32,780 nucleotides of DNA. Origin: Ministeria vibrans ATCC 50519 (Eukaryota; Protista; Filasterea). Below, piece by piece: positions 1 through 10,526 of the stretch (positions are counted from its first letter, which is position 1; each line of letters opens with the position of its first letter). The translations under genes and the position numbers were made by a program. The DNA is taken from positions 14,807 through 47,586 of the forward strand of contig CALSCP010000473.1 of NCBI GenBank assembly GCA_943704425.1, written 5' to 3'. Under the pieces are notes generated by a model. That model worked only from the letters and a program-made list of their open reading frames with translations. It had not been told where the DNA came from and did no database searches.

Positions 1-40
<40 letters not shown>

Positions 41-215
41 AAGAGAGAAAGAAAGAGGAGAAAGAAACAAACAAAGTGATAGAGAGAGAGAGAGAGAGAG
101 AAACAAAGTGATAGAGAGAGAGAGAGAGAGAAACAAAGTGATAGAGAGAGAGAGAGAGAAACAAAGTGATAGAGAGAGAGAGAGAGAGAAACAAAGTGAT
201 AGAGAGAGAGAGAGA
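1..215. repeat. Compound (GA)n microsatellite interspersed with 5 copies of AAACAAAGTGATA
   Basis: Directly visible. It probably lies in an intron upstream of the first visible RhoGAP exon (acceptor gtgtag at 259-264). Confidence 0.9.
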
Positions 216-264
216 AATACGACCGAAGAGAAACGAGGCTAATACGCTGTGGATATGTGTGTAG

Positions 265-1924
265 TGTCGTCGCATTGCAGACACAGACAGAGGGCACTAC
301 GACGCAGCCATTGTAGCTGCCAACAAGGCTCTTTCACGCGCTGCTTTTTACGCACACGAATCAGCACAGGTAAATAAATTGATGACAACACACGACCCAC
401 AGTTGATAATAATATGATACTGACATTAATAATAATATTTTTTATTGTTCCTTTCATTGCTGTGTCATTGTACGGCAGTTCCTCAACAGTCACGCAACAA
501 CGTGCGGGGCGGTCTTGCAGCAGGTGTCGGATGCATACATTCGCGCCCTCGCAAACACCTCCATCACCCTCAAGCAGTCTGCGGCCGACGTAAAGCGCTC
601 TGGCACGGTAAAAAAGGACCCTCAAAATGCCACTCACTGTCAAACTCATGTCACCCTTTTTTTTAGGTTGTTGGAGAGGAGTTTTGCGCGGCCAATGTGA
701 CATGTGGTTATATTTCATCGCCCAACTCAGCCGAATACCAACTCGAAGCGATGCAATTGTCGGAACCCGCTCGGAACCTTCTCTCTGTCGGTACGTATAC
801 GGGACACACAAGTCTACGGTCTAACACAGTGCTGTTTTTTTTCTTCTACGATATGATATTACGTTCCGTTTTCTCATCTTCTCTATCACTTCTTTGGTTC
901 TTTTTTCCTATTTTTTTTCTGTATCACAGCCCCTCCAAGCACGCTTCGCAGTGTTGGAGAAACCCAGCGCAACATCGCCCCACAGTCCACACCACAACCC
1001 CCTCCACCTCAGCAGCAATCGCAGCCACCACCACCTCAACAGCGTGCCAGTGCAACCGTCCCTCCCCCTCCTCCCTCACGTCCTTCCCGCCAGTCCATGT
1101 CTTCCACTGACGACGCGCCCTCCCGCGGCGCTCCCTCCCGCCCCCCTCCTCCGATACGCCGCAGCTTTAATGCCGCGTCGCCGTCGCCTGCGCAGGCCTC
1201 GCCCGCTGCTACACCTCCTCACTCACTGACTCCCTCCGGCAGTGCGTCGTCCATCACCTCCGTCCGTCGCGTCCCTTCTCCCCGCCAAAGTCAGTCTGCC
1301 CGTACTTCCCTCGGCATTCCCTCCTCTCCTGCCTCCGCCTCCCCGTCGCCCCGTCCCGGGAGCTTTGGCGGTGTTCCTGTACCTGTGGGCACTCCACCAG
1401 CTCCCCAGACCAACGAACTACCCATTGTTGTCAGGGAGTGTGTGCAGTATTTGGAACGCAAGGCACTCGACGAAGAAGGGCTCTTTCGCATACCAGGCAA
1501 TCTCGCCACTATCAATGAGCTCAAGCGCCGCCACGAAAAGGGCATGCCGCTCAATCTACACACCATCTACGAGGCACACACCGTCGCAGGACTGCTCAAG
1601 TCGTGGTTCCGCGAGCAGCGTCGCCCGCCTGTTCCCAAGACGTTTCACGCCGATATGTCGGAAGCACTGACACTCCCCACCAACGACGAGTGCGCTGCTG
1701 CCCTGCGCTCTATCGTCACCCAACTGCCCGGCGCTGGCTGTGCCATTCTCAGCGAAGTCGTGCGTCTCTTTACGCTTGTGGCTGCGCATGCCAAGACCAA
1801 CAAGATGACGTCGGTCAATATTGCACGCACGATGGGCCCTACCGTCTTCCCCGACGCCAACCTCAGCTTTGCCCTCAAGGCTGTGCGTTTTCTGGTTGAC
1901 AACTATGATGCCGTTTTTTTGTAA
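265..1924 (+). CDS. RhoGAP-domain protein with Pro/Ser-rich linker and probable F-BAR C-terminal helices (5' partial). Exons 265-369, 479-607, 667-790, 930-1924
   Basis: RhoGAP motifs LPIVVRECVQYLE, EEGLFRIPG (arginine finger), VAGLLKSWFRE and NKMTSVNIARTMGPTVF. The three upstream GT-AG exons splice in frame into ORF 1097-1924. Confidence 0.85.
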
Positions 1925-2064
1925 TGTTGCACTCTCACAGAAAAAAAAATATTCTAATGAAATCATAAATAAAATTACTTATAATTATTATTATTATTAT
2001 AAGAATAAAAATTTAATTTTTATTACAATAATAATAATAATTATTATTAATTTAATTTTTAATT

Positions 2065-3384
2065 TTATTGTAATAATATATCCGAAATGTTTGCCCACTT
2101 TTGAAACAAAGCAGACACTTTCTGACTCTCGTACAAGATGCTCAATTCTCTCTCAATCGCACTCTCACTCTTTCCCTCTCTCACCATTGCACTCCGCACA
2201 TGACAACTGTACACACTCCTCCAGTTCGATGCCAACACAGTTTCAGTGAACTCAGAGTGACATCGGCGTAAGTGTTTCGGCAGTTTGCTTGGCTGTGGCA
2301 TGGATTGCGAGCAGATGGCACATCGAGTGCGATACACATTCAGCACATGATTCTTACTGAAATGATCAGCCACACGCCGCTTTGTGAATGACGCGTAGTC
2401 ACACACTTGTCCCGTTGCTGCTTGCACCATTCGACACTTGAATCGACCATTGGACAGTCGCTCAAACGACGCGTCGAGATCCACCGCACCACAACCACTT
2501 CCCGCTTCCTTCTGCGCACGCGACAGCCAACCACCAAACGACGACGGCACTCGCTCACTCTCACGCAACAACTGCAGCTCACGCACAATCACAGACTCGC
2601 TCGCATTGCGCTCCTCCAGCTCACTACGTACAAGAGAAGCGAACACTCTCTGCCAGTCACAGCCACGACCAAACACGTCACTATGCGACTGCAGCATGCG
2701 ACGCTTTAAATTGTTTGTCTTTGGCGACACATCCTCCTTGCACACCACACAGTTGACGCGGAACACACTCCGAGGATGGCACTTTGAGAAATCCTGCGCA
2801 ACCCGCCCAGGCGCAAATCCCTGTCTCGTACACACTCGTCCGTCCACCAGTCGACACCGACACCGCACCTTGCCATTCCCCAGCATCTTAAACACACTCG
2901 TGTCCTCCTCATCCTCCTTCTCGCCCCGTGCCATCGCCAACCACGTCTCAAATCCCATTGGGACTCGTTCCGACTCGCACCGGTCAAACACCTTGGCCAC
3001 TTCTCCCTCAACGTCCTCCTCTTCTCCGTCACGCTCCAGGGCCGCACGCACCTCTGGCAGGTAGACCGTCTTCCATCCTCCGTCCTCCAGCGGACTGCGT
3101 TCCATGACAGTCGCTGTGAATGTGTTTCTGTGGTGTGAAGCAACGTGACGATTGAGGTTGCTCGCACCAACAAACGAATTGCAGACGACACAGACGAGAC
3201 GGTGCTTGCTCGTGGGATGGCACATGGTAAAGTGATCCTGCACACTCTCGCCCACAAACCCCTGTGACCGACATGGCTCTCCATCGGCTGAAGGAAAGCG
3301 ACACACAATCTTTCCGTCTTCGCCCAACGAAAAAAACGCACTCGGCGGATCCGTCCGACATCGTTCGCCCGTCTCCGACATCAT
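2065..3384 (-). CDS. Protein with three tandem ~140-aa modules, each with two C2H2/BED-like zinc fingers plus a helical segment
   Basis: Intronless 439-aa ORF flanked by AT-rich DNA. Repeated C-x9/10-C...H-x4-H and CxxC...H-x4-H patterns, plus W-x2-V-[YF] and ESERVP/ESQKV...F-x2-W motifs. Confidence 0.75.
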   Translation of the reverse strand: MMSETGERCRTDPPSAFFSLGEDGKIVCRFPSADGEPCRSQGFVGESVQDHFTMCHPTSKHRLVCVVCNSFVGASNLNRHVASHHRNTFTATVMERSPLEDGGWKTVYLPEVRAALERDGEEEDVEGEVAKVFDRCESERVPMGFETWLAMARGEKEDEEDTSVFKMLGNGKVRCRCRLVDGRVCTRQGFAPGRVAQDFSKCHPRSVFRVNCVVCKEDVSPKTNNLKRRMLQSHSDVFGRGCDWQRVFASLVRSELEERNASESVIVRELQLLRESERVPSSFGGWLSRAQKEAGSGCGAVDLDASFERLSNGRFKCRMVQAATGQVCDYASFTKRRVADHFSKNHVLNVYRTRCAICSQSMPQPSKLPKHLRRCHSEFTETVLASNWRSVYSCHVRSAMVREGKSESAIERELSILYESQKVSALFQKWANISDILLQ

Positions 3385-3561
3385 CAGTTACATGTTGAAG
3401 GCGTATGTGCGGCCCGCTGCCACAGCGACACGCTCCCACGGTTCGCTCATACGAAAATGTCAATAGGAGAGAGATAAAGATTGATGAATGATTATTCGTA
3501 GATTGAAATCAGATTAAATAATAAATTACAGTCAGCTGGCGCGGCTGCAAGGCCTCCTGTG

Positions 3562-6500
3562 ATGCTTGGCGCACTGTGGATCGCGGCCATGCTCCCGCTG
3601 GCGGCGCCGCTCAACTACAACGCGTTCTCGCGCGAGACCCCTGTGCCGTACCACCCACCGCCGCGCTTCTACTACGCCGCCACGCTCGTCTCGCCCAGCA
3701 GCATGTTCGTCTACGGCGGCCTCGTCGGCGACTTTGTCGAGTGGGGCCAGTCGCGCATGGCGTGCCGCAACGCGAGCGCCGCACAGGCCAACTACATCGA
3801 CAGCGGCTGCTTTCTCTTCCATGCCGTGCAACAGCGCTGGATCCCCATCCAGACCAACCGCAGCGCCCCGCCGCCGCTCGCACTGTCGACCGCCACACAC
3901 ACCGCTGCCGGGTCGATCTTCCTGTACGGCGGCGTCACGTGCCACTCGCACAACTACGGTGCGCTGTGGGAGCTGTCCTTCCTCGACTCCGCCGCCGTCT
4001 TGTACGCTTGGAGGGAGCGCGTGCCCTCGACCGCCGTCCAGCCTCCTCGCCGCAACACTGCCCATCTGTTTCCTGCCGCCCCCGACCTTCTCTTGCTCTT
4101 TTGGGGCTTTCTTGCCGACCGCTTTACGTCTCGGGTTGCGTCCGACTATTGGACGTTCAACACCACCACAGATGTGTGGACACGCGTCAATGTCACGAAT
4201 CCGCCTGTGCCCCGCTCGTCGGCCTGCATTGTCCAAATCAATGCCACGTCGCTGGTGCTCTTTGGTGGCCTCGACTCGTTCTTCGAGGCCATGCACGACC
4301 TGTGGCTGCTCGACATGCCGTCGCTCACCTGGCGGTTCGTTGCGTCCATGCCGACTCTCATTCCGTACGACTACTCTGCGTCCGTCTTTGATGCGGAACT
4401 CCAAAGAATAGTCTCGCCGGTGCAGCCTGCGTACTTTCGCGGCAACGGTGGTGTGCGCGGTGCTGAATTCCCCTTCATGGCGGTGCTGACGCTTGACGTG
4501 CGTGAGGCGCTTGCGGCGAACACGACTATGCAGACCGTCGCGTTGGAGGTCATTCCGAACTTGTTTACCGTATTTAGTCGCTCGGGCTTTCAATCGGTGT
4601 ATGTACCGTCTGTGGGCGTGTTATGCTACGGTGGCATTGTGCTCGATACGATTGGCAGCGCGTTTGTCTCGGACACGCTGCTGCTGCTCGACCTGCCGTC
4701 GCGCTCCTCCGCCTTTGCCACATGGATCACGCTGCCCATCACTCCGGGCCCCATGGCCACGATGGGCACGGGCCGGGCGCTTCTTGGCGACGCCGACTAC
4801 TACGTTTTTGGTGGCTTTGAGCTGGCGGGACGGTCGTCGTCGACTCTGTGGCGGCTCGACCTTGCCGGCTCGAACGTTTGGACGTACACGACGACAGAGG
4901 GGGCTCCACGGTTGGGACTGGGCGGCGCTGCGATGGAAACAGTCAACAAGACGACATTCTTTGTGACGGGTGGCTTTGTACAAGCTGGCGATCTGGGACG
5001 CACGTCGTCGGTGGTCGCCAACGAAACCTACTTGGTGACCATCACGGAGGAGCGCATTGCCGTGTTCCACGAGATCCCCATGCGCATTGCGTCGGCTCTG
5101 CCGGGCTCGTCAATGCGCCCATCAACGCGCTCGTTTGCCGCTGCGCTTGCGGTGGACGGAGGGCGCTGTGTGCTCGTGCACGGCGGCATCCTCCCGTACA
5201 ACTACACCATCACGGTGGTCACAGTGAACGAGACGCGCACGAGTGTGTTTGGTGACACCTGGCAGTTCTGCGTGGACACGCTCGAGTGGACGCAGCTGTC
5301 ACAGGACGGCCCGCACGTGGCACGCACTGCAGCCGTGTACGTGGCGGACCTTGACAGTGCCACCTTTTTCAGCGGCTCCGTGCCTCGCGAAGCGTCTGCG
5401 GTGCCCCAGTCGAGTCTGGATGCGACCAATGCCGTGTGGCGCTTCTCGCTGGACACTCGTCAGTGGCACAATCTCACACAGGCGATTCCGCAGCCTCATC
5501 CGCGCTCCCGTGTGAGCAGTGCCTTTGCCAGCTTTGGTCACAAGATGGTGATCAGCGGGGGCTTCACGAGCGTGCGTTTTGAGTCATTTGACGGACCCGT
5601 CGCCATTGTCGACTTGTGGGTGCTGGACCTGGTACGGCTCGTGTGGACGCAGCTGGAGCCGACGGCAGGCGGGGTGCAGCTACCCTTTCAGCTTACAACG
5701 AGCGTGGCGGTGCCGCATACGCAGGCCATGTGGGTGCAGGAGCAGACTTTTCCGCAGACGGGCTACTTCATTCCGGTCGGGTGCAATGTGGGCGAGTCGA
5801 GCGCGGACTTTGCGACGCTTCCGTGCATCCCTTGTCCACGCGGTTCCTACGCAAACGTGACAGGCGCCAGTGTGTGTCAGGCGTGTCCGTCACTGACGAC
5901 GACGGCGACGGTTGGCGCAACGCGGGCACAGGAGTGTACGGTGTGCTCGGACGCGTCGTGTCACGGTCACGGCTCGTGTCGCGTGACCGATGTCCTTGCG
6001 GGGACGGTCGAGTGCAACTGCAACGCCTTCTTCTTGCCGGCCGACCGCTGTGCGACACCCTGGATTGGCATCATTTTGGCCATGGTACTTTCGGTGGGTC
6101 TTCTTGTGCTGGTGGTGGTGCGATCGTCGCGTCGGTCGCGCCGCTACTTTACGCTCAAGTCAGCGACGGAGCGACTGCTGTCGGATCGTGACCAGCAGGT
6201 GGAGGAGCTGGAGTCGATGTGGCGCATTGACTATGGGGCGCTACAGTCATTGCGTCTGATTGGCGCGGGCGCCATGGGCGATGTTTTTGCGGCCGAGTGG
6301 ATTGGCAAGCGAGTGGCGGTGAAGCTGTTGAAGGAGGCGGTGCTTGAGTCGGACAGTGAGAGTCTCGCCGAGTTTGAACGCGAAGCGGCCTTTCTGCGCT
6401 CGGTGCGCCATGCCAACGTGGTCTTCTTCTATGGTGCCGGTGTGCGCCTGGGCGTGCCCTTTCTCGTGACGGAGCTTATGTCGCGCGGGAGCCTCAAGGA

Positions 6501-7104
6501 CGCACTTGCGGATCGCGACCTGTCGCTTTCGTCAGCACAGCGTCTCGCCTTCATGCGCGACATCGCATCAGCCATGGCCATGCTGCACTCGCTCAACCGT
6601 CTTCACCGCGATCTCAAGTCTGACAATGTGCTTATTGGCACGAGTGAGAACAGCGAGCTGCTCATAGCCAAAGTGGGCGACTTTGGCTGTTCGACGCTGC
6701 TTGCAACGGCTCAATACCCACAACAGCACAGGCAGCGGCGAGAGGAGATGGCGACGGCGGCGGCGCCGTCGTCGATGGAGCTGACACGACGCGTGGGCAC
6801 ACCACTTTGGCAGGCGCCCGAGGTGTTGCGCAACGAAAAGGACTACAGCTTTCCTGTGGACGTGTACAGCTACGGTGTGATTGTGTGGGAGGTGTGGACA
6901 CGCGAAGTGCCGTACCAACGCGAAGGGATTGAGTCGGTCTGGCAGCTTGAGGAGTATGTGCTGGAGGGAGGACGGCCGTCGCTGACGCAGGATGGGTCAC
7001 AGTGGCCGCAGGGGGTGTGCGCACTTGTCGAACGTGCGTGGAGCCACATTCCCGCGCAGCGGCCCACTTTTGCCGAAATTGTCGAGGAACTCTGTCGATT
7101 TTGA
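3562..7104 (+). CDS. Single-pass receptor kinase, TKL group: signal peptide, kelch/galactose-oxidase repeats, ephrin-receptor-like Cys-rich repeat, EGF-like domain, TM helix, kinase
   Basis: Kelch GG motifs (MFVYGG, IFLYGG, LVLFGG, YYVFGG), CIPCPRGSY...CQACP, CHGHGSC...CNC, TM WIGIILAMVLSVGLLVLVVV. Kinase motifs GAGAMGDV, VAVK, HRDLKSDN, DFG, GTPLWQAPE, DVYSYG. Intronless; first ATG at 3562. Confidence 0.92.
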   Translation: MLGALWIAAMLPLAAPLNYNAFSRETPVPYHPPPRFYYAATLVSPSSMFVYGGLVGDFVEWGQSRMACRNASAAQANYIDSGCFLFHAVQQRWIPIQTNRSAPPPLALSTATHTAAGSIFLYGGVTCHSHNYGALWELSFLDSAAVLYAWRERVPSTAVQPPRRNTAHLFPAAPDLLLLFWGFLADRFTSRVASDYWTFNTTTDVWTRVNVTNPPVPRSSACIVQINATSLVLFGGLDSFFEAMHDLWLLDMPSLTWRFVASMPTLIPYDYSASVFDAELQRIVSPVQPAYFRGNGGVRGAEFPFMAVLTLDVREALAANTTMQTVALEVIPNLFTVFSRSGFQSVYVPSVGVLCYGGIVLDTIGSAFVSDTLLLLDLPSRSSAFATWITLPITPGPMATMGTGRALLGDADYYVFGGFELAGRSSSTLWRLDLAGSNVWTYTTTEGAPRLGLGGAAMETVNKTTFFVTGGFVQAGDLGRTSSVVANETYLVTITEERIAVFHEIPMRIASALPGSSMRPSTRSFAAALAVDGGRCVLVHGGILPYNYTITVVTVNETRTSVFGDTWQFCVDTLEWTQLSQDGPHVARTAAVYVADLDSATFFSGSVPREASAVPQSSLDATNAVWRFSLDTRQWHNLTQAIPQPHPRSRVSSAFASFGHKMVISGGFTSVRFESFDGPVAIVDLWVLDLVRLVWTQLEPTAGGVQLPFQLTTSVAVPHTQAMWVQEQTFPQTGYFIPVGCNVGESSADFATLPCIPCPRGSYANVTGASVCQACPSLTTTATVGATRAQECTVCSDASCHGHGSCRVTDVLAGTVECNCNAFFLPADRCATPWIGIILAMVLSVGLLVLVVVRSSRRSRRYFTLKSATERLLSDRDQQVEELESMWRIDYGALQSLRLIGAGAMGDVFAAEWIGKRVAVKLLKEAVLESDSESLAEFEREAAFLRSVRHANVVFFYGAGVRLGVPFLVTELMSRGSLKDALADRDLSLSSAQRLAFMRDIASAMAMLHSLNRLHRDLKSDNVLIGTSENSELLIAKVGDFGCSTLLATAQYPQQHRQRREEMATAAAPSSMELTRRVGTPLWQAPEVLRNEKDYSFPVDVYSYGVIVWEVWTREVPYQREGIESVWQLEEYVLEGGRPSLTQDGSQWPQGVCALVERAWSHIPAQRPTFAEIVEELCRF

Positions 7105-7217
7105 TCGACTGTAAAACAATGTAATAGTAGTAGCCAAGTCTTTTTTTGATATGATATCCTTTTGAAATGATTATTATAATTATTATTATCATTTTATTAT
7201 CATTTTTATTAATGGCT

Positions 7218-8808
7218 TTATGTAAGTTGGAAGGAGTGTGGACAGGAAGAGCCGGCGCAGAAGACGAGCGGTTCGCCACTGAAGGGAGAACGAATGCTCA
7301 CGAGACCCGCTTGTTGGGAGAGCCTATCAAAAGAGAAGTGTGAGTGAGTGGCAGAGAGTGAGAGACAGATAAAAAGAACATACGCAAGCACAAAGAAGGC
7401 AATGACACATTGAATAATGATAAGCAGAAGGAGAGTGGAGCAGGAGCGACTGCTCTTGGCCTGTGTCGGTGCCTGTGTCTGTGTCAGTGTCGGTGGTTGT
7501 GGTTGTGATTGTGGCTGTGGCTGTGACTGTGGTTGTGATTGCGGTTGCTGCGTAGAGTGGAGTGAGGGCGGGCTGGGTTGGCTGTGAAGACGCACTGCGT
7601 CACGCAGCACCGCGTTGATGCGCTCTTGCTCAGCGCGAAACTGGCTCAGTTGCGAAGCACTGTCCGCCAGTGTACCAACCTGAAAACCAACACAGTCGTT
7701 CAACAAAAACATACACACACACCATAAGAATATAATTATTATAAGCGTAAACCTGTTGCTCGAGTCCACGGTAGTCTGCGGCAAGCTTGGCAATTTCCTG
7801 TTGTCGTTGAGCGTCGCGTTGTTCGCTCGCGGGATCGGGTAGTGCGGGCGTGGTGCCGATCGTGTCCCTGCACAGAGGAGTGTATTGTATTGTGAGTAAT
7901 GAATTGCTAGAGAAGCGTGAAAGAGGGGGCTGCAATGTGTCATACTCGAGGGTGTGAAGACGGTTAGAGAGGGCACGCAGTTCGAGCATGACGGAGGAAC
8001 GAAGAGCGCGCAGATAGTCACCGACGTCGTGGGCCATGGAGGAGGTCGCCAGTGAGTTCTGGGTTGTTGCCACGGCCGTTGATGAAGAAGTGGGCGAGGG
8101 CGCGTTAGATGCGGTGGTCGTGTTGGGCGCGGGAGGATGCGGTCGGTACTGGGCAGCTCTGGGTTGTGTCGAAGCAGGAGGCACTGCGGCTCCAATGGTA
8201 TGTCTGTCGTTGTGCTGTGTTGCAGTCGCGGGCGCACCCTGGCGCGTTACAATGCGCATGCGCGGGTTGGGCGAAGCACCCAGCGACTGGGTGCCGCTGG
8301 TGTTCAAAGGCGACGATGGTAACGGCGGAGGGGGCGTCGAGGGCCTTCGCTGTCTGTGGTCGGGCGACGACACAACGGCGGGCGCTCTTCTCGGAGGCGG
8401 CGCCTGCCCTCCGTGGAGCTGTTGCGGCTGCTGCGACGCGGGTGGCGGGTGAGCAGCAGATGGCGCAGGCGTCTGATGCGGGCGAGCGGCGGGTGGGGCA
8501 GGCGTGGGCTGCGTGCGAGCGAGGGTTTCGCGGGGCGGCATGACGCTCATCAAGGCGCGCACTTGATCCTGCCCTCTCGGGAATTTCTTGCTCATTTCGT
8601 CGATTTCCATGGTACTATGAAGGCGTAAGGACCCCTTGGGAGGGGTGTCGGTCGCGCGTGGAGCGGCAGGTGCAGCGGTTCTGTCGGATTGGGAGAAAGC
8701 GATTTTTGAAAATTGGCAAAGGTCATTTTTTTGGTATTCCTACACTTCATCGGTGGAAGGGGGGTTGCTCTGTGTGTGAGGTGGACTGGAGAGCTTCGAC
8801 GGTTCCAT
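7218..8808 (-). CDS. Hypothetical Pro-rich coiled-coil protein with C-terminal TM helix (tail-anchored). Exons 8808-8744, 8680-7946, 7867-7753, 7679-7384, 7323-7218
   Basis: Four GT-AG introns join the minus-strand ORFs in frame. Coiled coil (QQEIAKLAADYRGLEQQVGTLADSASQLSQFRAEQERIN) and hydrophobic LLLLIIIQCVIAFFVLA near the C-terminus. Confidence 0.65.
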
Positions 8809-9228
8809 CACGGGACGAAGAAGAAATAAAATAAATAATTTTATTATTATTATGATCAAACAAAGAAAGACCACACAAACATCTCCAAACAGCTTTCTAA
8901 GATACAGGTAAGTGAGGTAAGACTGACCATAGTTATGAGTAAGAAGTAAGTAGTAACAGGATCGTCGAGAGGGCCAGAGGGGGCAGAGACAAGTTGACTG
9001 ATGACCCACAGTACAAAATACAGCAGAGTAGTGAATGAGTCGAGAATATTTTGATGTTAGAACGAGAAGAAGAAGGACGAGCTGCACTATTACAATTGCT
9101 CATGAAGCCGAAGGCAACGACTGACAGGAATCATCTAGTAGGAACGATTATTCATTGACACGAATCACAATGATCCGTACTTGGTTGCACGGCGACAGAC
9201 GATAGTAGGGCGACGAGATGTTTATTGT

Positions 9229-10191
9229 TTACTCCAGAGGTACTGGGCAACCTACTTTAATGTTTCCGGAAGGCTGGCGAGAATAGCGCGCCAGATTATC
9301 CCTGACACTGTTAATGAAGGCGTCGCCAAAGAGAGTCGCGCCGACGTCGCGCACAGCCCGACGGAGACTGCGACGAAGAGCTTCGACACGACACGGATGC
9401 AGATGATCTGCGTCGCCAATGCCACCGAATGCACCATGGACGCCGTCAATCAAGGTCAGGTACTTGTCTTGGTCCATTTGCGATTCTCTACGGAGAAAAT
9501 ATAATTATAATATTCCCGCGAAATTAACGGGGTTAGTTTACCCTTCCAGATCGTTGGTGAGCGCGTCGAAACGACGAGGCTCCGAAAGACTCGTCTCACG
9601 CAGTACAATGTGCATTGTGGATACGGCCGTCACCGGGTGCACCTCAAGCCACGAGTGCTTCTTGGCCTTGTCTGCGTCCGAGGCAACATGAAAGTGAAGC
9701 GAGCGCTTGCGGGCACCGGCAAATCGTGCGAGTTTCTCAAAGGAGAGATATTCGCTGCAGACGCGGGTGGATTCCTCGGTCTCGGCGCCCGCCTCGGGCA
9801 ACGACCCGCGGCACAAGACCACTCCAGCACCGTGGAACACATGTGGAGCGTCAAGTTCATATCGCATCTAAAACAAACAAAAAGTAAAAAATTAATATAT
9901 TATTTTATAATTCCTTAACAATTATGCCCAATCTCTGCTAAGCGCTAAGCAGCTTACGATTGGCTTGAACGCACATCGAGGACACAGCGTCTTATCGTTC
10001 AGCTGGTCGCAGAGCTGAATGAAGGTGTCGCCGGGGAAGGCGCGGTTGCAAAAGACAAGATTTTCACTCTTGGTGGACTCAAGCGGGCACGACTCGGCGT
10101 GGATGCACGCAAAGTACTCGTGGGCGGCTGCACTGGTGATGCAGACAATCAGCGCAGCGCTCGCGATCGAGAGTAGGCGGTTTAACGCCAT
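9229..10191 (-). CDS. Hypothetical secreted Cys-containing protein. Exons 10191-9958, 9867-9542, 9487-9229
   Basis: Signal peptide MALNRLLSIASAALIVCITSAAA. Two GT-AG introns join three minus-strand ORFs in frame. The 3' end is uncertain. Confidence 0.55.
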
Positions 10192-10526
10192 GGGAGAAAG
10201 AGATCGAAGATGTAATTTTAATCAACGTTTTAACGTTTGAAGGATCAGTAGTGGATCACAAGAGGGAGAGGATTCCTTTGAAATTCCTTTACTCGTTCTT
10301 CGATTCAATCCGTTCGGTCTTCCCCCAAACCTATACAAACCGATCTCCGACATTGGCAAATTTGTCCCACAATTCACCAAATACAAATACGCTCTCACAG
10401 CAAGCGTATGAGAAGGGCAGTCCTTGATACGAAATTGACAAAAAAGTCTTAAGCTTTTAAAAACTTGAATCACTTATTCATTTTTATCTCTCTCTCTTTC
10501 TCTCTGTCTTCTGAGCTTAGAACTGT

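Noticed and set aside
60-215. Regularly spaced AAACAAAGTGATA repeats resembling a CRISPR array
   Set aside because: The spacers are only (GA)n of variable length, the context is eukaryotic, and there are no cas genes.
3532-6918. Many long overlapping or antisense ORFs inside the kinase gene (also within the CHUP1-like, WD40 and ATPase genes)
   Set aside because: Expected shadow ORFs of GC-rich coding DNA, with no recognisable motifs.
7218-7440. KASH domain call for the tail-anchored protein
   Set aside because: The TM plus ~30-aa tail fits, but the diagnostic C-terminal PPPX motif is absent (ends HSFQLT).
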